From assembly GCA_044221725.1 (NCBI GenBank), contig JBGAON010000002.1, positions 96,001 through 160,000 on the forward strand: 64,000 nt of DNA, written 5' to 3'. A program made the translations under genes and the position numbers. Shown piece after piece: positions 1-9,352 of the stretch (its first letter is position 1; the number at the start of each line of letters is the position of its first letter). This DNA comes from Elusimicrobiota bacterium. GTDB taxonomy: Bacteria; Elusimicrobiota; Elusimicrobia; F11. Below the pieces are notes generated by a model. The model was not told where the DNA came from and did not search any database. It worked only from the letters and a program-made list of their open reading frames with translations.

Positions 1-1
1 A

Positions 2-493
2 GACGCGGCGCTCGACTATTTGAAGCAAACAAGAGCCGGCGTGATTAAAAAGATGGGTATTCAAATCGTGGATTTCGCCGTGGTTACGAACATTGATCAT
101 CCGTCCGAAATTTTTCACTTAAACCAGCGTGAATTTGAGTATATCGGGTTCACGGAGCCGTGGTATGTCGAGCGCTGGTCCGATCCTGAGAATGTCAAGA
201 AGGACACGTTGAGTGTTTCCGCTAAGTCGATCGCAAACCTGATCGAGCGAATTAATTCTGGACGGTTGTTCGGTGGCCGGCCCCTTGCAGAAGCACTGGA
301 GAAAGAACTGAATCGCCGACAGAATCAGCAAAAGAAGGTCGACGAACAGACATTTTCTTTAAATCTTTCTTCAATGAAAGCCGACGGCGTTCTGTTCGAT
401 AATCGAAAACCCGTAAAAACCAATTTCTATCCTACCTCAAGAACATTGCACGGTATTCTCAAAGCCGTCGGTACAGCCCGGAAATCCGCCTAA
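2..493 (+). CDS. C-terminal part of a hypothetical protein (5'-truncated by the window)
   Basis: Frame is open from the window edge (GAC GCG GCG CTC GAC TAT TTG...) to TAA at 491-493; no recognisable family; ends ...ILKAVGTARKSA. Confidence 0.6.
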   Translation, partial: DAALDYLKQTRAGVIKKMGIQIVDFAVVTNIDHPSEIFHLNQREFEYIGFTEPWYVERWSDPENVKKDTLSVSAKSIANLIERINSGRLFGGRPLAEALEKELNRRQNQQKKVDEQTFSLNLSSMKADGVLFDNRKPVKTNFYPTSRTLHGILKAVGTARKSA

Positions 494-565
494 GCGAACT
501 ATTCAAATCGCGTCCCGTATTGCTGTTACAAGACAATTCCAAATGAATTGTCGAAAGGAGGAGCT

Positions 566-1066
566 ATGAAGAAGAAAGAATCCATGAACGCGCTAAAACT
601 TCTTAAGGAAGATCACGACAAAGTGAAGGATTTGTTTGAGCAGTATGAAAAATCAGACGAAAACAAAGAAAAAAAAGAACTCGCTGAAACCGCTATTAAG
701 GAATTGAAAATCCATTCGACGATTGAAGAAGAGATTTTCTATCCCGAAGTACGTAAAGAAATTGAAGAAAACGACGAAGAAATAATGGATGAGGCCGCCG
801 AGGAACATCACGTCGCGAAATTTCTTATCGCTGAGTTGTCCGAGTTGGATTCGGATGACAGTACCTACGAAGCAAAATTCACCGTGTTGGCGGAAAACGT
901 TCGTCACCACATTAAAGAGGAAGAAGGGGAAATGTTTCCGAAGGTTCGAAAGACCGAAATCGATCTCAACGAACTCGGGGAACGCATGATGCAGCGCAAA
1001 CAAGAGCTTATGACCGGCGAAATTCCTGAGACGCAAGAAGAAAAAATGGTTCATGCCGGTCGCTAA
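566..1066 (+). CDS. Hemerythrin/HHE cation-binding domain protein
   Basis: AGGAGG RBS at 557-562 before ATG 566; motifs LKEDH, HSTIEEEIFYP, EEH, HHIKEEE are typical of HHE-domain four-helix bundles. Confidence 0.9.
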   Translation: MKKKESMNALKLLKEDHDKVKDLFEQYEKSDENKEKKELAETAIKELKIHSTIEEEIFYPEVRKEIEENDEEIMDEAAEEHHVAKFLIAELSELDSDDSTYEAKFTVLAENVRHHIKEEEGEMFPKVRKTEIDLNELGERMMQRKQELMTGEIPETQEEKMVHAGR

Positions 1067-1078
1067 CGAGGAGGAAAT

Positions 1079-1570
1079 ATGAAATTTCGAGCAAAAGTTT
1101 TGACGTCGGCCGCAACGGTGTTTCTCGTGACAGCGAGTTTCGCCATGGCACGCCGGCGAGACACCACCACGAATAACAACACGACAACCGAAACGGGAAC
1201 GCGCCAAGACACGATTATGTCTCCGCAAACAAATCCGACACCGTTTACAAACGACAACGGAACCAACGACACGCTCGGTAATCGCGATAACTCGACGACC
1301 GGCACGTCGCCGCGTCCCGGTTCCGATCAGACGGCTCCCGAAATTCAAGATGGAACCCGCGACACAACGAACGGCATGGGAAACGGCACTGGTACCCCCG
1401 GATCTTCCGGCACGCCCAACAATGGCGTTGGCGGCGCAGGCACTGGATCTGGTTCACGAGGAACAGGGGCGAGCGGCGGCACAACGGGTACGGGCAGTGG
1501 CTCGGGCACGGGCGGTTCCACAGGAGCGGGTGGAGCGGGCGCGGGTGGCGGGGGTGGGGGCGGTCTTTAA
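1079..1570 (+). CDS. Secreted low-complexity Thr/Asn/Gly-rich protein
   Basis: GAGGAGG RBS; Sec-type signal peptide (MKFRAK-hydrophobic-AMA); mature part is T/N/G/S-rich and ends in poly-Gly. Confidence 0.7.
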   Translation: MKFRAKVLTSAATVFLVTASFAMARRRDTTTNNNTTTETGTRQDTIMSPQTNPTPFTNDNGTNDTLGNRDNSTTGTSPRPGSDQTAPEIQDGTRDTTNGMGNGTGTPGSSGTPNNGVGGAGTGSGSRGTGASGGTTGTGSGSGTGGSTGAGGAGAGGGGGGGL

Positions 1571-1643
1571 TTTCGCTCCACATTCGTCTACTTAGATCCG
1601 TCGAAAAATCCTAAATTGCACCCCGATCTTCCTTCGCGAAGAC

Positions 1644-1717
1644 CGGGGTGTAGCTCAGTTGGCTAGAGCGCTTGCTTTGGGAGCAAGAGGCCGCTGGTTC
1701 AAGTCCAGTCACCCCGA
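1644..1717 (+). tRNA. tRNA-Pro (anticodon TGG); CCA not encoded
   Basis: Acceptor CGGGGTG/CACCCCG, D-arm TAGCTCAGTTGGCTAGAGC, anticodon arm CTTGC-TT-TGG-GA-GCAAG, T-loop GGTTCAAGTCC. Confidence 0.97.
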
Positions 1718-1752
1718 AATTTTTCGAAGAAAAATTTCTGTAAGGAGCTGAT

Positions 1753-2058
1753 ATGTCTCAAATCATCGGTCGTAACGATCCGTGCCATTGTGGTTCGGGA
1801 AAAAAATATAAGAAGTGCCACCTCGAAAAAGACGAAGCGGTCAATCGCAAGGAACGCGAGAAAGCAGCGTTGAACGCCGCGAAAGTCGCTGCTGCCGAAG
1901 CCGCGAAAAACGAAAAAGAGGCGGGGAAGCAATCTGGTTCTCCGTCGCACAAACCCCAGGAGCAAAAGCAAGGCTGGATGGGAAAGATGGCCGGGAAAGT
2001 AGGATTTTTCCGTGGCCTTTCTCAACGCCGCACGCCTTCCGCTAACAAAGGCGGCTAG
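1753..2058 (+). CDS. SEC-C motif (zinc-binding) protein
   Basis: AAGGAG RBS; GRNDPCHCGSGKKYKKCH at the N-terminus. Confidence 0.9.
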   Translation: MSQIIGRNDPCHCGSGKKYKKCHLEKDEAVNRKEREKAALNAAKVAAAEAAKNEKEAGKQSGSPSHKPQEQKQGWMGKMAGKVGFFRGLSQRRTPSANKGG

Positions 2059-2090
2059 TTCTGCCGACCGAAAATATTTTCGGTGTCGCG

Positions 2091-3128
2091 GTGCCCCTTT
2101 GGCTCGTCGCGCTCGGTCTTTACGTTGCGTGGGTTCTCATCGGTTGGGCGATTAAGAAGATTCTTTTTGTATGGCTGCGCGCGCTAACCAGTAAAACCGA
2201 AACCAAAATCGATGACGCCATCATCGATGCTGCTAACTTTCCCATTATGCTGATGATCGGCGTTTGGGGCATCGCCGCGATGCTGCACTACGTGATCCCT
2301 GGGCTTCCGCCGGTGTTGTTAAAACGGATGACGTTGTTATCGAAAATCGTCTCGTTGGGTTCGTCGGTTCTTTTCGTGAATTTGCTTTTGCACAACCTGC
2401 TCGACGTCTATGCAGAAAAAATGGATGTGCTAAGAGGATCAAAGGCGTTTTCGTCCGCTGTGATTCACGTTTTGGTGCTGAGCATCGGAACGCTTGTTGT
2501 ATTGGACAGTATCGGCGTGTCGATTACGCCAATCATTGCGTCGCTCGGCATCGGCTCGTTGGCCGTCGCTCTCGCGCTGCAGCCCACCTTTGAAAATATT
2601 TTTTCAGGTTTACAGATCCTTATCGATCAGCCGATTCTCCCCGGCCACTTTGTTCGGCTGGACACCGGAGAAGAGGGCTTCGTGGAAAAGATCGGTTGGC
2701 GTTCCAGTTGGGTGCGCCAGTTGCCAAACAACATGGTTATCATTCCCAACAAAGCGCTCGTAAACGCACGCATCATCAATTTCAACTACCCGTCGCCGGA
2801 ACAAGCGTTGACCGTTGAGGTTGGCGTTCACTACAATTCCGACCTTGAATTTGTTGAGCGCGTGACCGTTGACGTCGCGAAGCACGTCTTAAAAAATACC
2901 GTGGGCGCGGTGAGTGATTTTGAGCCACTGGTCCGGTTTCACACGTTCGGCTCCTCGAGTGTCAACTTTACGGTGGTCTTGCGCGTAAAAGCTTTTGTGG
3001 ATGCGGGACTTGTCCGTCACGAGTTTTGCAAGGCGCTCCTCAAACGTTTTTCAGCCGAAAAAATCGTTTTACCCTACCCGATAACAGCGCTGAACACGAG
3101 TCAGGAAAAAGTGGTGTTAACCAAGTAA
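2091..3128 (+). CDS. mscS: Small-conductance mechanosensitive channel (MscS family)
   Basis: N-terminal TM helices; ASLGIGSLAVALALQ pore helix; GxVEKIGWRS, IPN and FCKALLKRFSAEKIVLPYP motifs. Confidence 0.92.
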   Translation: MPLWLVALGLYVAWVLIGWAIKKILFVWLRALTSKTETKIDDAIIDAANFPIMLMIGVWGIAAMLHYVIPGLPPVLLKRMTLLSKIVSLGSSVLFVNLLLHNLLDVYAEKMDVLRGSKAFSSAVIHVLVLSIGTLVVLDSIGVSITPIIASLGIGSLAVALALQPTFENIFSGLQILIDQPILPGHFVRLDTGEEGFVEKIGWRSSWVRQLPNNMVIIPNKALVNARIINFNYPSPEQALTVEVGVHYNSDLEFVERVTVDVAKHVLKNTVGAVSDFEPLVRFHTFGSSSVNFTVVLRVKAFVDAGLVRHEFCKALLKRFSAEKIVLPYPITALNTSQEKVVLTK

Positions 3129-3165
3129 TTTCCGTCTCAAAGTCGTACTATTGGCGTACCGATTT

Positions 3166-4494
3166 ATGAAGAAAGCACCCCATGTCATATGGGTCTGCCC
3201 CACAAGCCGTTTCTTCTATCGTTCGAAAGGGGAAGTGAAGGCAAGACCGGGATCTGTGATTCCGAAGTTGGTAGAGGAAGGAATCAAGCTTGACATAGTT
3301 ATACCGAACGATCCCACGCTTCTTCCAAAAACGAAACTCTCCTCTTCTCGCACCGTCCGCCACACGATTCGTCTTGCTCAAGAATACAATGTTGATGTCA
3401 TTAAGCTCACGCGCGGCTCGGTTTCACCGGGAATTTACATGGTGGCAATGCCGTCTCTCGAGCCTGCGCTGGAAAATGCGCTTTACAACAAAGCCGCGAT
3501 AGCGGTGGCCGAACAACTGAAACGACCGGTTGATATTTTTCACATATTCGATTGGGAAGGCGGGCTTCTGCCCCTGTTTCTTGAGCTACAAAAAAACGGC
3601 AGTCGCATTTTCAAAAACACGCGCACATTTTTAAACGTGGACTCGTTCCGCGAACACGGAGGCTTTGCTCCGACCGTTCTGAGTTATTTGGGCGTGCCGA
3701 GTGATTTGTTTCATCCGGAAGGATTGGAGTTCTTTGGGCGCGTAAGTTTTTTAAAAGCAGGCCTTCTGTTTGCCGATGGAATTGGCCTGGTTGAAAACCA
3801 TCTTATGCCACGAGGCCTGATTTCGCGAAATGGTCATGGTTTCGAAGGCGTGCTCGAAACCTTGGCTTTCAAATTGCGGCGCTGGGCGTCCGATCGGTCG
3901 CTGCGCTCTCATCTGGAAGCGTATAAAGAATTGTTGGCGAACCCGCCCGCTGGTTCCGTATTGCCGCGCATTTTGAAGAAAGTTCACACCGGGTCCGGCG
4001 AGCTGAAGCGTTTTATCGAAAGTTGGGGGCCGCCTCCACCGGATCGCACCAACACAAACGCGCTCAGCTTTTTAGTCCAATCCCCCACGAAAGCGTACGC
4101 GTTCTGGGAATGGACCAAGCACGACTATGTGGATTACGGATTGTCGCTTGAGAATTGCTCCAATAACTCAAAAAAAATGTTGGCGCGCGGTCTGCAGGCA
4201 ATGGGGGATTTTTGGATTGACGTAAACCCTGCGACCGAATACGTGATCGAGTTGATTGGATTTTCAAAAAACGGAAAAGCGTTTCCTTTGCTGCGCTCGC
4301 AACTCGTGCGAACACCGCGAAATGCGCCGAGCCCGAATCGGCGTGCGGTGTTCGTTGATGTTCGCAGCAAGCAGCGGTTTGAAATAAATGGAAACGGCGT
4401 GTTCGCGAGCGGTCGGTGGGGAACGGGCGGTACGAGCGCCCTGGAATGGAACACTACCGGCCTTCCGTCATCTTATCAAGAGGCTTCGAGATGA
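3166..4494 (+). CDS. Degenerate glycogen-synthase (GT5) N-terminal domain fused to a DUF4912-like domain
   Basis: DIFHIFDWEGGLLP and FHPEGLEFFGRVSFLKAGLLFAD resemble GlgA, but KTGGL is absent; C-terminal LVQSPTKAYAFWE...LLRSQLVRTPRNAPS resembles DUF4912; stop overlaps the next ATG (ATGA 4491-4494). Confidence 0.65.
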   Translation: MKKAPHVIWVCPTSRFFYRSKGEVKARPGSVIPKLVEEGIKLDIVIPNDPTLLPKTKLSSSRTVRHTIRLAQEYNVDVIKLTRGSVSPGIYMVAMPSLEPALENALYNKAAIAVAEQLKRPVDIFHIFDWEGGLLPLFLELQKNGSRIFKNTRTFLNVDSFREHGGFAPTVLSYLGVPSDLFHPEGLEFFGRVSFLKAGLLFADGIGLVENHLMPRGLISRNGHGFEGVLETLAFKLRRWASDRSLRSHLEAYKELLANPPAGSVLPRILKKVHTGSGELKRFIESWGPPPPDRTNTNALSFLVQSPTKAYAFWEWTKHDYVDYGLSLENCSNNSKKMLARGLQAMGDFWIDVNPATEYVIELIGFSKNGKAFPLLRSQLVRTPRNAPSPNRRAVFVDVRSKQRFEINGNGVFASGRWGTGGTSALEWNTTGLPSSYQEASR

Positions 4495-6113
4495 CGGGTC
4501 AGCCCATCGGATATTTGGCGCTTGTTCTTCATGCGCACCTGCCTTTTATTCGCCATCCTGAATTTCCGGATTTCCTCGAAGAAGATTGGTTTTTTGAAGG
4601 TGTAACCGAGACGTACGTGCCGCTTTTGTCCCGGTTTGAGCAAATGCGTTCCGAGGGGCTGACGTTCCGTGTCACCATGAGTGTTACGCCGCCGCTCGCA
4701 ACGATGATGGAAGACGGGCTTTTGCGGGGACGGCTATCGCAATACATCGACAAACGGATCGAGTTACTGGAGAAAGAAATCAAAACAAACCGGGGGTCGC
4801 ATGTTGAAATGCTGGCCCGTCACTATCTCGCTAATTTCACAAACGCGAAGGATTTCGTTTTCCATCGTCACGGTGGGCGTCTGCTTAACAGTTTTCGAAG
4901 TCTCCAAGATTCCGGGCACTTGGAACTCATCACGTGCACAGCGACGCACGGGTTTTTGCCGCTCATGAAACCAACGAGCGCGCTGCGTTCGCAAGTGCAA
5001 ACGGCCGTGCGCGCGCACGAGGGCTTTTTTGGACGCAAGCCGCGTGGCATTTGGCTCGCCGAGTGCGGTTACGACGACCGTGTCGATGCCATTCTTGCGG
5101 AAGCCGGCATCGAATATTTTTTTCTCGATTCGCACGGCATTGTGTTCGGTGACCCGCAGCCGGTTTACGGCGTGTACGCGCCGGTTGTGACCGAGCGCGG
5201 CGTGAGCGCGTTTGCGCGCGATCCGGAATCGAGCAAACAGGTTTGGAGTCAAAAGGAAGGGTATCCAGGGGATTTTGTTTATCGTGAATTCTACCGGGAT
5301 CTCGGTTACGACGCGGATTTGGATTACATCAAGCCCTATTTGCATTCGGACGGCGTGCGACGCGGAATTGGAATTAAATATCACTCGATCACCGGCGCAA
5401 ACGTCGATCTGTCTCAGAAACGATACTACGATCCGCACAAAGCGCGCGAAAAAACCGCCGAGCATGCGGGCAACTTTATGTTCAACCGGCAACACCAAGT
5501 CCGTCACCTTAATATGAAAACCGACGCTCCGCCAATCATCATCTCGCCGTACGATGCAGAGTTGTTTGGCCATTGGTGGTACGAAGGGCCGGACTTTTTG
5601 GAGTTTTTAATTCGAAAAATTTCGCACGACCAAAATGAAATAGAACTTATCACGTGCGGCGATTATTTGGATCGCCATGCGGTGCGGCAATTGCAAAAAC
5701 CCAATCCGTCCACGTGGGGTTCCGAAGGTCACAACCTTGTTTGGTTGAACGGCGGAAATTCTTGGATTTATCGCCATCAGCATTGGGCCGAAGAAAAGAT
5801 GGAAGAGTTGGCTCAGCGGTTCGAACACGCGGAGGGGGATTTGCGGCGCGCTCTTAATCAGATGATGCGTGAATTGCTTTTGATGCAATCAAGCGACTGG
5901 GCGTTTATCATGACGACCGGAACGACGGTACCCTACGCCACGAAGCGATTCCGGGAACATTTGGACCGCTTCCGCCAAATTGCCGAACAGATTGAGCACG
6001 TGCGGCTCGATATGAGTTTTGTTCAATTCTGCGAGGAGCGCGACTGCATTTTCCCACGGGCCGATTTTCGCACTGCCATCCCGCGAAATTCGCCCACCCC
6101 AGTTTTCCTTTGA
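4491..6113 (+). CDS. GH57 1,4-alpha-glucan branching enzyme (with DUF1957 C-terminal domain)
   Basis: LVLHAHLPF, ETYVPLL, WLAECGY (nucleophile Glu), PYDAELFGHWWYEG (acid/base Asp), RELLLMQSSDWAF. The true start is more likely ATG 4491 than 4416. Confidence 0.93.
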   Translation: MTGQPIGYLALVLHAHLPFIRHPEFPDFLEEDWFFEGVTETYVPLLSRFEQMRSEGLTFRVTMSVTPPLATMMEDGLLRGRLSQYIDKRIELLEKEIKTNRGSHVEMLARHYLANFTNAKDFVFHRHGGRLLNSFRSLQDSGHLELITCTATHGFLPLMKPTSALRSQVQTAVRAHEGFFGRKPRGIWLAECGYDDRVDAILAEAGIEYFFLDSHGIVFGDPQPVYGVYAPVVTERGVSAFARDPESSKQVWSQKEGYPGDFVYREFYRDLGYDADLDYIKPYLHSDGVRRGIGIKYHSITGANVDLSQKRYYDPHKAREKTAEHAGNFMFNRQHQVRHLNMKTDAPPIIISPYDAELFGHWWYEGPDFLEFLIRKISHDQNEIELITCGDYLDRHAVRQLQKPNPSTWGSEGHNLVWLNGGNSWIYRHQHWAEEKMEELAQRFEHAEGDLRRALNQMMRELLLMQSSDWAFIMTTGTTVPYATKRFREHLDRFRQIAEQIEHVRLDMSFVQFCEERDCIFPRADFRTAIPRNSPTPVFL

Positions 6114-6157
6114 CTTCGTCGCGCTGGAATGTTGTTATCCAGCGCTCACTTTGAAAT

Positions 6158-6198
6158 AAAAAACCCCCGATCAGCTTTCTGATCGGGGGTTTTCTTTT
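6158..6198. terminator. Bidirectional intrinsic terminator between the convergent GH57 and glutamine synthetase genes
   Basis: AAAAAA-CCCCCGATCAG-CTTT-CTGATCGGGGG-TTTTCTTTT. Confidence 0.9.
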
Positions 6199-6239
6199 AA
6201 ATGGATCCTGGCCAACGACGTGCCAGGATGACGGCATTC

Positions 6240-8417
6240 TTATAGTTTGAACAGCATCTCCGCGTAGGACGGAACCGGCCATTTGTCGGCTGGGACCAGC
6301 GTTTCAATCGCATCGATGTCCGCGCGCAGCGCGTTTGCTGCTGGCACCACTTCGTCGCGATAGGTTTCCGCTTTGTCTTTCGCTTCTTTCTCGCCCTGCG
6401 CTTTCTTCGTGAGCGATTCAAGCGTCGCGAGTTTCTTCGACGCGGATTCAAGCAGGTCGTTCACTTGGTCGAGCAAGTCTTTCTGGACTTTGTTCGATGC
6501 GCCGGCCGCTTTGAGAGCAGCCACGCTGTTCGCAAGATCGGTCGTGTAGCTGACGATTGCTGGAATATACTGATTTTTCACCATCGCAATCGCTGCTTGG
6601 GCTTCAATATTGATGTTCTTCGCGTATATTTCCAAATAGACTTCGTAACGCGAGTGCAATTCGTCACCGGAAAGAACTTTGTATTTCTCGAACAGGCGGA
6701 TCGCATCTTTGTTCGCCATGTAGCCAACGGCTTCAACCGTTGACTTAATATTCGGCAATCCACGTTTCTTCGCTTCGGCGACCCATTCATCGGTGTAACC
6801 GTTGCCATTGAAGATCACGCGGCCGTGTTCGTTCACGGCTTCTTTCACGATCGCGGCGGCTTCTTTGTTCACATCTTTCGCTTTTTCGAGGCGCGTTGCG
6901 ATTTCGTCTAATGATTCAGCGACGATCACGTTCAAAACCGTGTTCGGTCCAGCGATCGAAGCGGACGACGGCACCATGCGGAATTCGAATTTGTTTCCGG
7001 TGAAAGCAAACGGCGAGGTGCGGTTTCTGTCGGTGTTATCTTTTGGAAGCGCCGGCAACGAATCCACACCGATGTTCAGGTAATGTTGGCCTTTTGATTT
7101 CGCTTCTTTGCCTTTGCCCAAGCTCGTCAAGATGTCCGTCAATTCTTCGCCCATGAACACCGAGATGATGGCGGGAGGTGCTTCGTTCGCGCCCAAGCGG
7201 AGATCATTTCCTGTGTTTGCGGCACCGGCGCGGAGTTTGTCCGCGTGTTTGTCGACGGCGTTGATCACGGCGGCAACGAAAACCAAAAATTGTTCGTTGT
7301 CGTGGGGAGTTTTGCCCGGTTCGAGCAGGTTCAAGCCATCATCGGTGGCCAACGACCAGTTGTTGTGTTTGCCGGATCCGTTCACGCCTGCGAACGGTTT
7401 TTCGTGCAGCAAGCACACGAGGTCATGGCGGAGCGCCACTTTCTGCATCGTTTCCATCACGAGTTGGTTGTGATCGGTGGCAATGTTTGTGGTCGAGAAG
7501 ATGGGGGCCATTTCGTATTGCGCTGGTGCCACTTCGTTGTGTTTGGTTTTTGAAAGCACGCCCATTTTCCACAGCTCGGTATCCAAGTCTTTCATGAAGG
7601 CGGAGATGCGGTCTTTGATCGCGCCGAAATATTGGTCTTCGAGCTCTTGTCCTTTCGGGGCTGGTGCGCCGAACAACGTGCGGCCCGAGGTGATGAGATC
7701 GAGGCGTTGGTCGTAATATTTTTTATCGATCAAGAAGTATTCTTGTTCCGGACCGACCGTTGCGGTGATACGCTTCGAGGTGGTGTTGCCAAGCGCGCGG
7801 AGAACGCGGAGCGCTTGTTTCGAAACGGCTTCCATGGAACGGAGAAGAGGGGTTTTCTTGTCGAGCGCTTCGCCGGTGTACGAGCAGAACGCCGTTGGAA
7901 TAGTGAGAGTGACGTTACCGGCCGCATCTTCTTTCAAGAAGGCGGGAGAGGTGCAATCCCAAGCGGTATAACCACGCGCTTCGAATGTTGCTCGAAGGCC
8001 GCCCGACGGGAACGAAGAAGCGTCTGGCTCCCCTTGAATAAGTTGTTTGCCCGAGAATTCCATCACGATTCCGCCGTCCGGTGTGGGAGCGATGAACGAA
8101 TCATGTTTTTCGGCGGTTTTGCCGGTCAACGGTTGGAACCAGTGTGTGTAGTGCGTGGCTCCTTTTTCGATGGCCCAATCTTTCATCGCGTTCGCGACGA
8201 CATTGGCCACTTCCAGCGTCAGCGGCGTTCCGCTTTCGATGGTTTGTTTCAAAGCTTTGTAGGTGTCTTTCGGAAGCCGCTCTTTCATAACGCGATCGTT
8301 GAAAACATTGGATCCGAATACGTCGGTCACATCATCATGGTTTGCTTTTGTCATTCGTGCCTTCCATTGCTTGCCATTCGTGGTGCTTGCTTTAAGAATT
8401 TCCTGTAGCGCGGCCAT
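6240..8417 (-). CDS. glnA: Glutamine synthetase type III
   Basis: 725 aa; [84 protein letters not shown]. Confidence 0.96.
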   Translation of the reverse strand: MAALQEILKASTTNGKQWKARMTKANHDDVTDVFGSNVFNDRVMKERLPKDTYKALKQTIESGTPLTLEVANVVANAMKDWAIEKGATHYTHWFQPLTGKTAEKHDSFIAPTPDGGIVMEFSGKQLIQGEPDASSFPSGGLRATFEARGYTAWDCTSPAFLKEDAAGNVTLTIPTAFCSYTGEALDKKTPLLRSMEAVSKQALRVLRALGNTTSKRITATVGPEQEYFLIDKKYYDQRLDLITSGRTLFGAPAPKGQELEDQYFGAIKDRISAFMKDLDTELWKMGVLSKTKHNEVAPAQYEMAPIFSTTNIATDHNQLVMETMQKVALRHDLVCLLHEKPFAGVNGSGKHNNWSLATDDGLNLLEPGKTPHDNEQFLVFVAAVINAVDKHADKLRAGAANTGNDLRLGANEAPPAIISVFMGEELTDILTSLGKGKEAKSKGQHYLNIGVDSLPALPKDNTDRNRTSPFAFTGNKFEFRMVPSSASIAGPNTVLNVIVAESLDEIATRLEKAKDVNKEAAAIVKEAVNEHGRVIFNGNGYTDEWVAEAKKRGLPNIKSTVEAVGYMANKDAIRLFEKYKVLSGDELHSRYEVYLEIYAKNINIEAQAAIAMVKNQYIPAIVSYTTDLANSVAALKAAGASNKVQKDLLDQVNDLLESASKKLATLESLTKKAQGEKEAKDKAETYRDEVVPAANALRADIDAIETLVPADKWPVPSYAEMLFKL

Positions 8418-8447
8418 AGTATCCTCTCTTTTTCTGAATTTTTTGGC

Positions 8448-8517
8448 AAAAAAAAACCTTCCCCAGGGAAGTCCCTTGGAGAAGGCGCCATTGCCTTAAT
8501 CCGCATCGGTTATGATG
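8448..8517 (-). promoter_or_regulatory. Leader attenuator: tandem hexaloop hairpins (ANTAR-like) overlapping an intrinsic terminator
   Basis: Minus strand reads CATC-ATAACC-GATG, 6-nt linker, AAGGC-AATGGC-GCCTT, whose 3' CCTT is also the start of terminator CCTTCTCCAAGGGACTTCCCTGGGGAAGG-T9, about 30 nt before the glnA ATG. Confidence 0.75.
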
Positions 8518-8617
8518 TGAACAGCGCTTCACTACCAAAGTGCGAGGGGCCGTGTCAAGTTTTGTATTGGTGCCCCGGATCATATATTGTGAAATCTCAT
8601 TAGAAATCGGAGTTCCT

Positions 8618-8959
8618 ATGACAGATAAATCGATGTTCAGCCACCCGCTTGTTAAAAGCATCCTCGGAATTGCTGTTCCTGCTTTCTTTGCCTTGTATGG
8701 TACCGCATGTATTTTCTCGCTAAGCGGTGTGCGATTTAGCCGGATCGGAGGAGTCGTTACCGTTAACGGCCTTGGTGCGGTTGTGGTGGGTGTATTGGAC
8801 TGGGGATTCGCCATGCTTTTGCACGCTCTTTTTTTTCAGATTCATCGCAGTAAATATCCGAGGTTGTTGGTGCGATTCCTTATTATTGCACCAACTTTAA
8901 TAATCATGGCTTTTGCAATCTATGGGTTACTAGGTGGTTTCATTTTAGCGGTCCGGTAA
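8618..8959 (+). CDS. Small hypothetical membrane protein (about 3 TM)
   Basis: GGAG RBS before ATG 8618; three hydrophobic segments. Confidence 0.6.
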   Translation: MTDKSMFSHPLVKSILGIAVPAFFALYGTACIFSLSGVRFSRIGGVVTVNGLGAVVVGVLDWGFAMLLHALFFQIHRSKYPRLLVRFLIIAPTLIIMAFAIYGLLGGFILAVR

Positions 8960-9071
8960 AACGTCGGTCGACCTTTAGGAATATGACCATGACGTTTTTA
9001 TTGACGCAAAGATGATATTTTAAATGGACGTTTTTTATTTGCGCTGTTTTTTGCTTTACTCGATACATCAG

Positions 9072-9212
9072 TTCTTAGGTGCCTGCCAAAGTAACCTTGG
9101 TGGGAGAATAGGGAATCCCGTGAAATCATTTGGTTTTTCAATGCGAATCGGGAGCTGTCCCGCAACTGTAAGCGATGGCAAAACATCGCAAGCCAGGAGA
9201 CCTGCCTAGGAA
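9072..9212 (+). ncRNA. Cobalamin (B12) riboswitch
   Basis: P1 TTCTTAGGT/GCCTAGGAA; AATAGGGAA, CCCGCAACTGT and B12-box AGCCAGGAGACCTGCC; directly upstream of a TonB-dependent receptor and cobO. Confidence 0.93.
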
Positions 9213-9273
9213 GAGGGCGATCGTTTGTTCGAGGTTAATGAACGATGGGTATGACCAATTCGCTTGGTTTCAT

Positions 9274-9309
9274 CCTCAGGCTCTCGTAGGGCCTGGGGTT
9301 TTCTTTTTT
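9274..9309 (+). terminator. Riboswitch expression-platform terminator
   Basis: CCTCAGGCTCT-CGT-AGGGCCTGGGG followed by TTTTCTTTTTT, between the aptamer and the btuB ATG. Confidence 0.8.
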
Positions 9310-9352
9310 ACGGACGCTCCTTCCACCTGAAATTTCTATCAGGAGAAGAAAT

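Noticed and set aside
1619..1626. CACCCCGA as an att-site duplication of the tRNA-Pro 3' end
   Set aside because: Only 8 bp, upstream of the tRNA, no integrase nearby; better explained as part of the leader hairpin.
9024..9209. 61-aa ORF upstream of btuB as a leader peptide
   Set aside because: It coincides with the cobalamin riboswitch aptamer and has no RBS or coding features.
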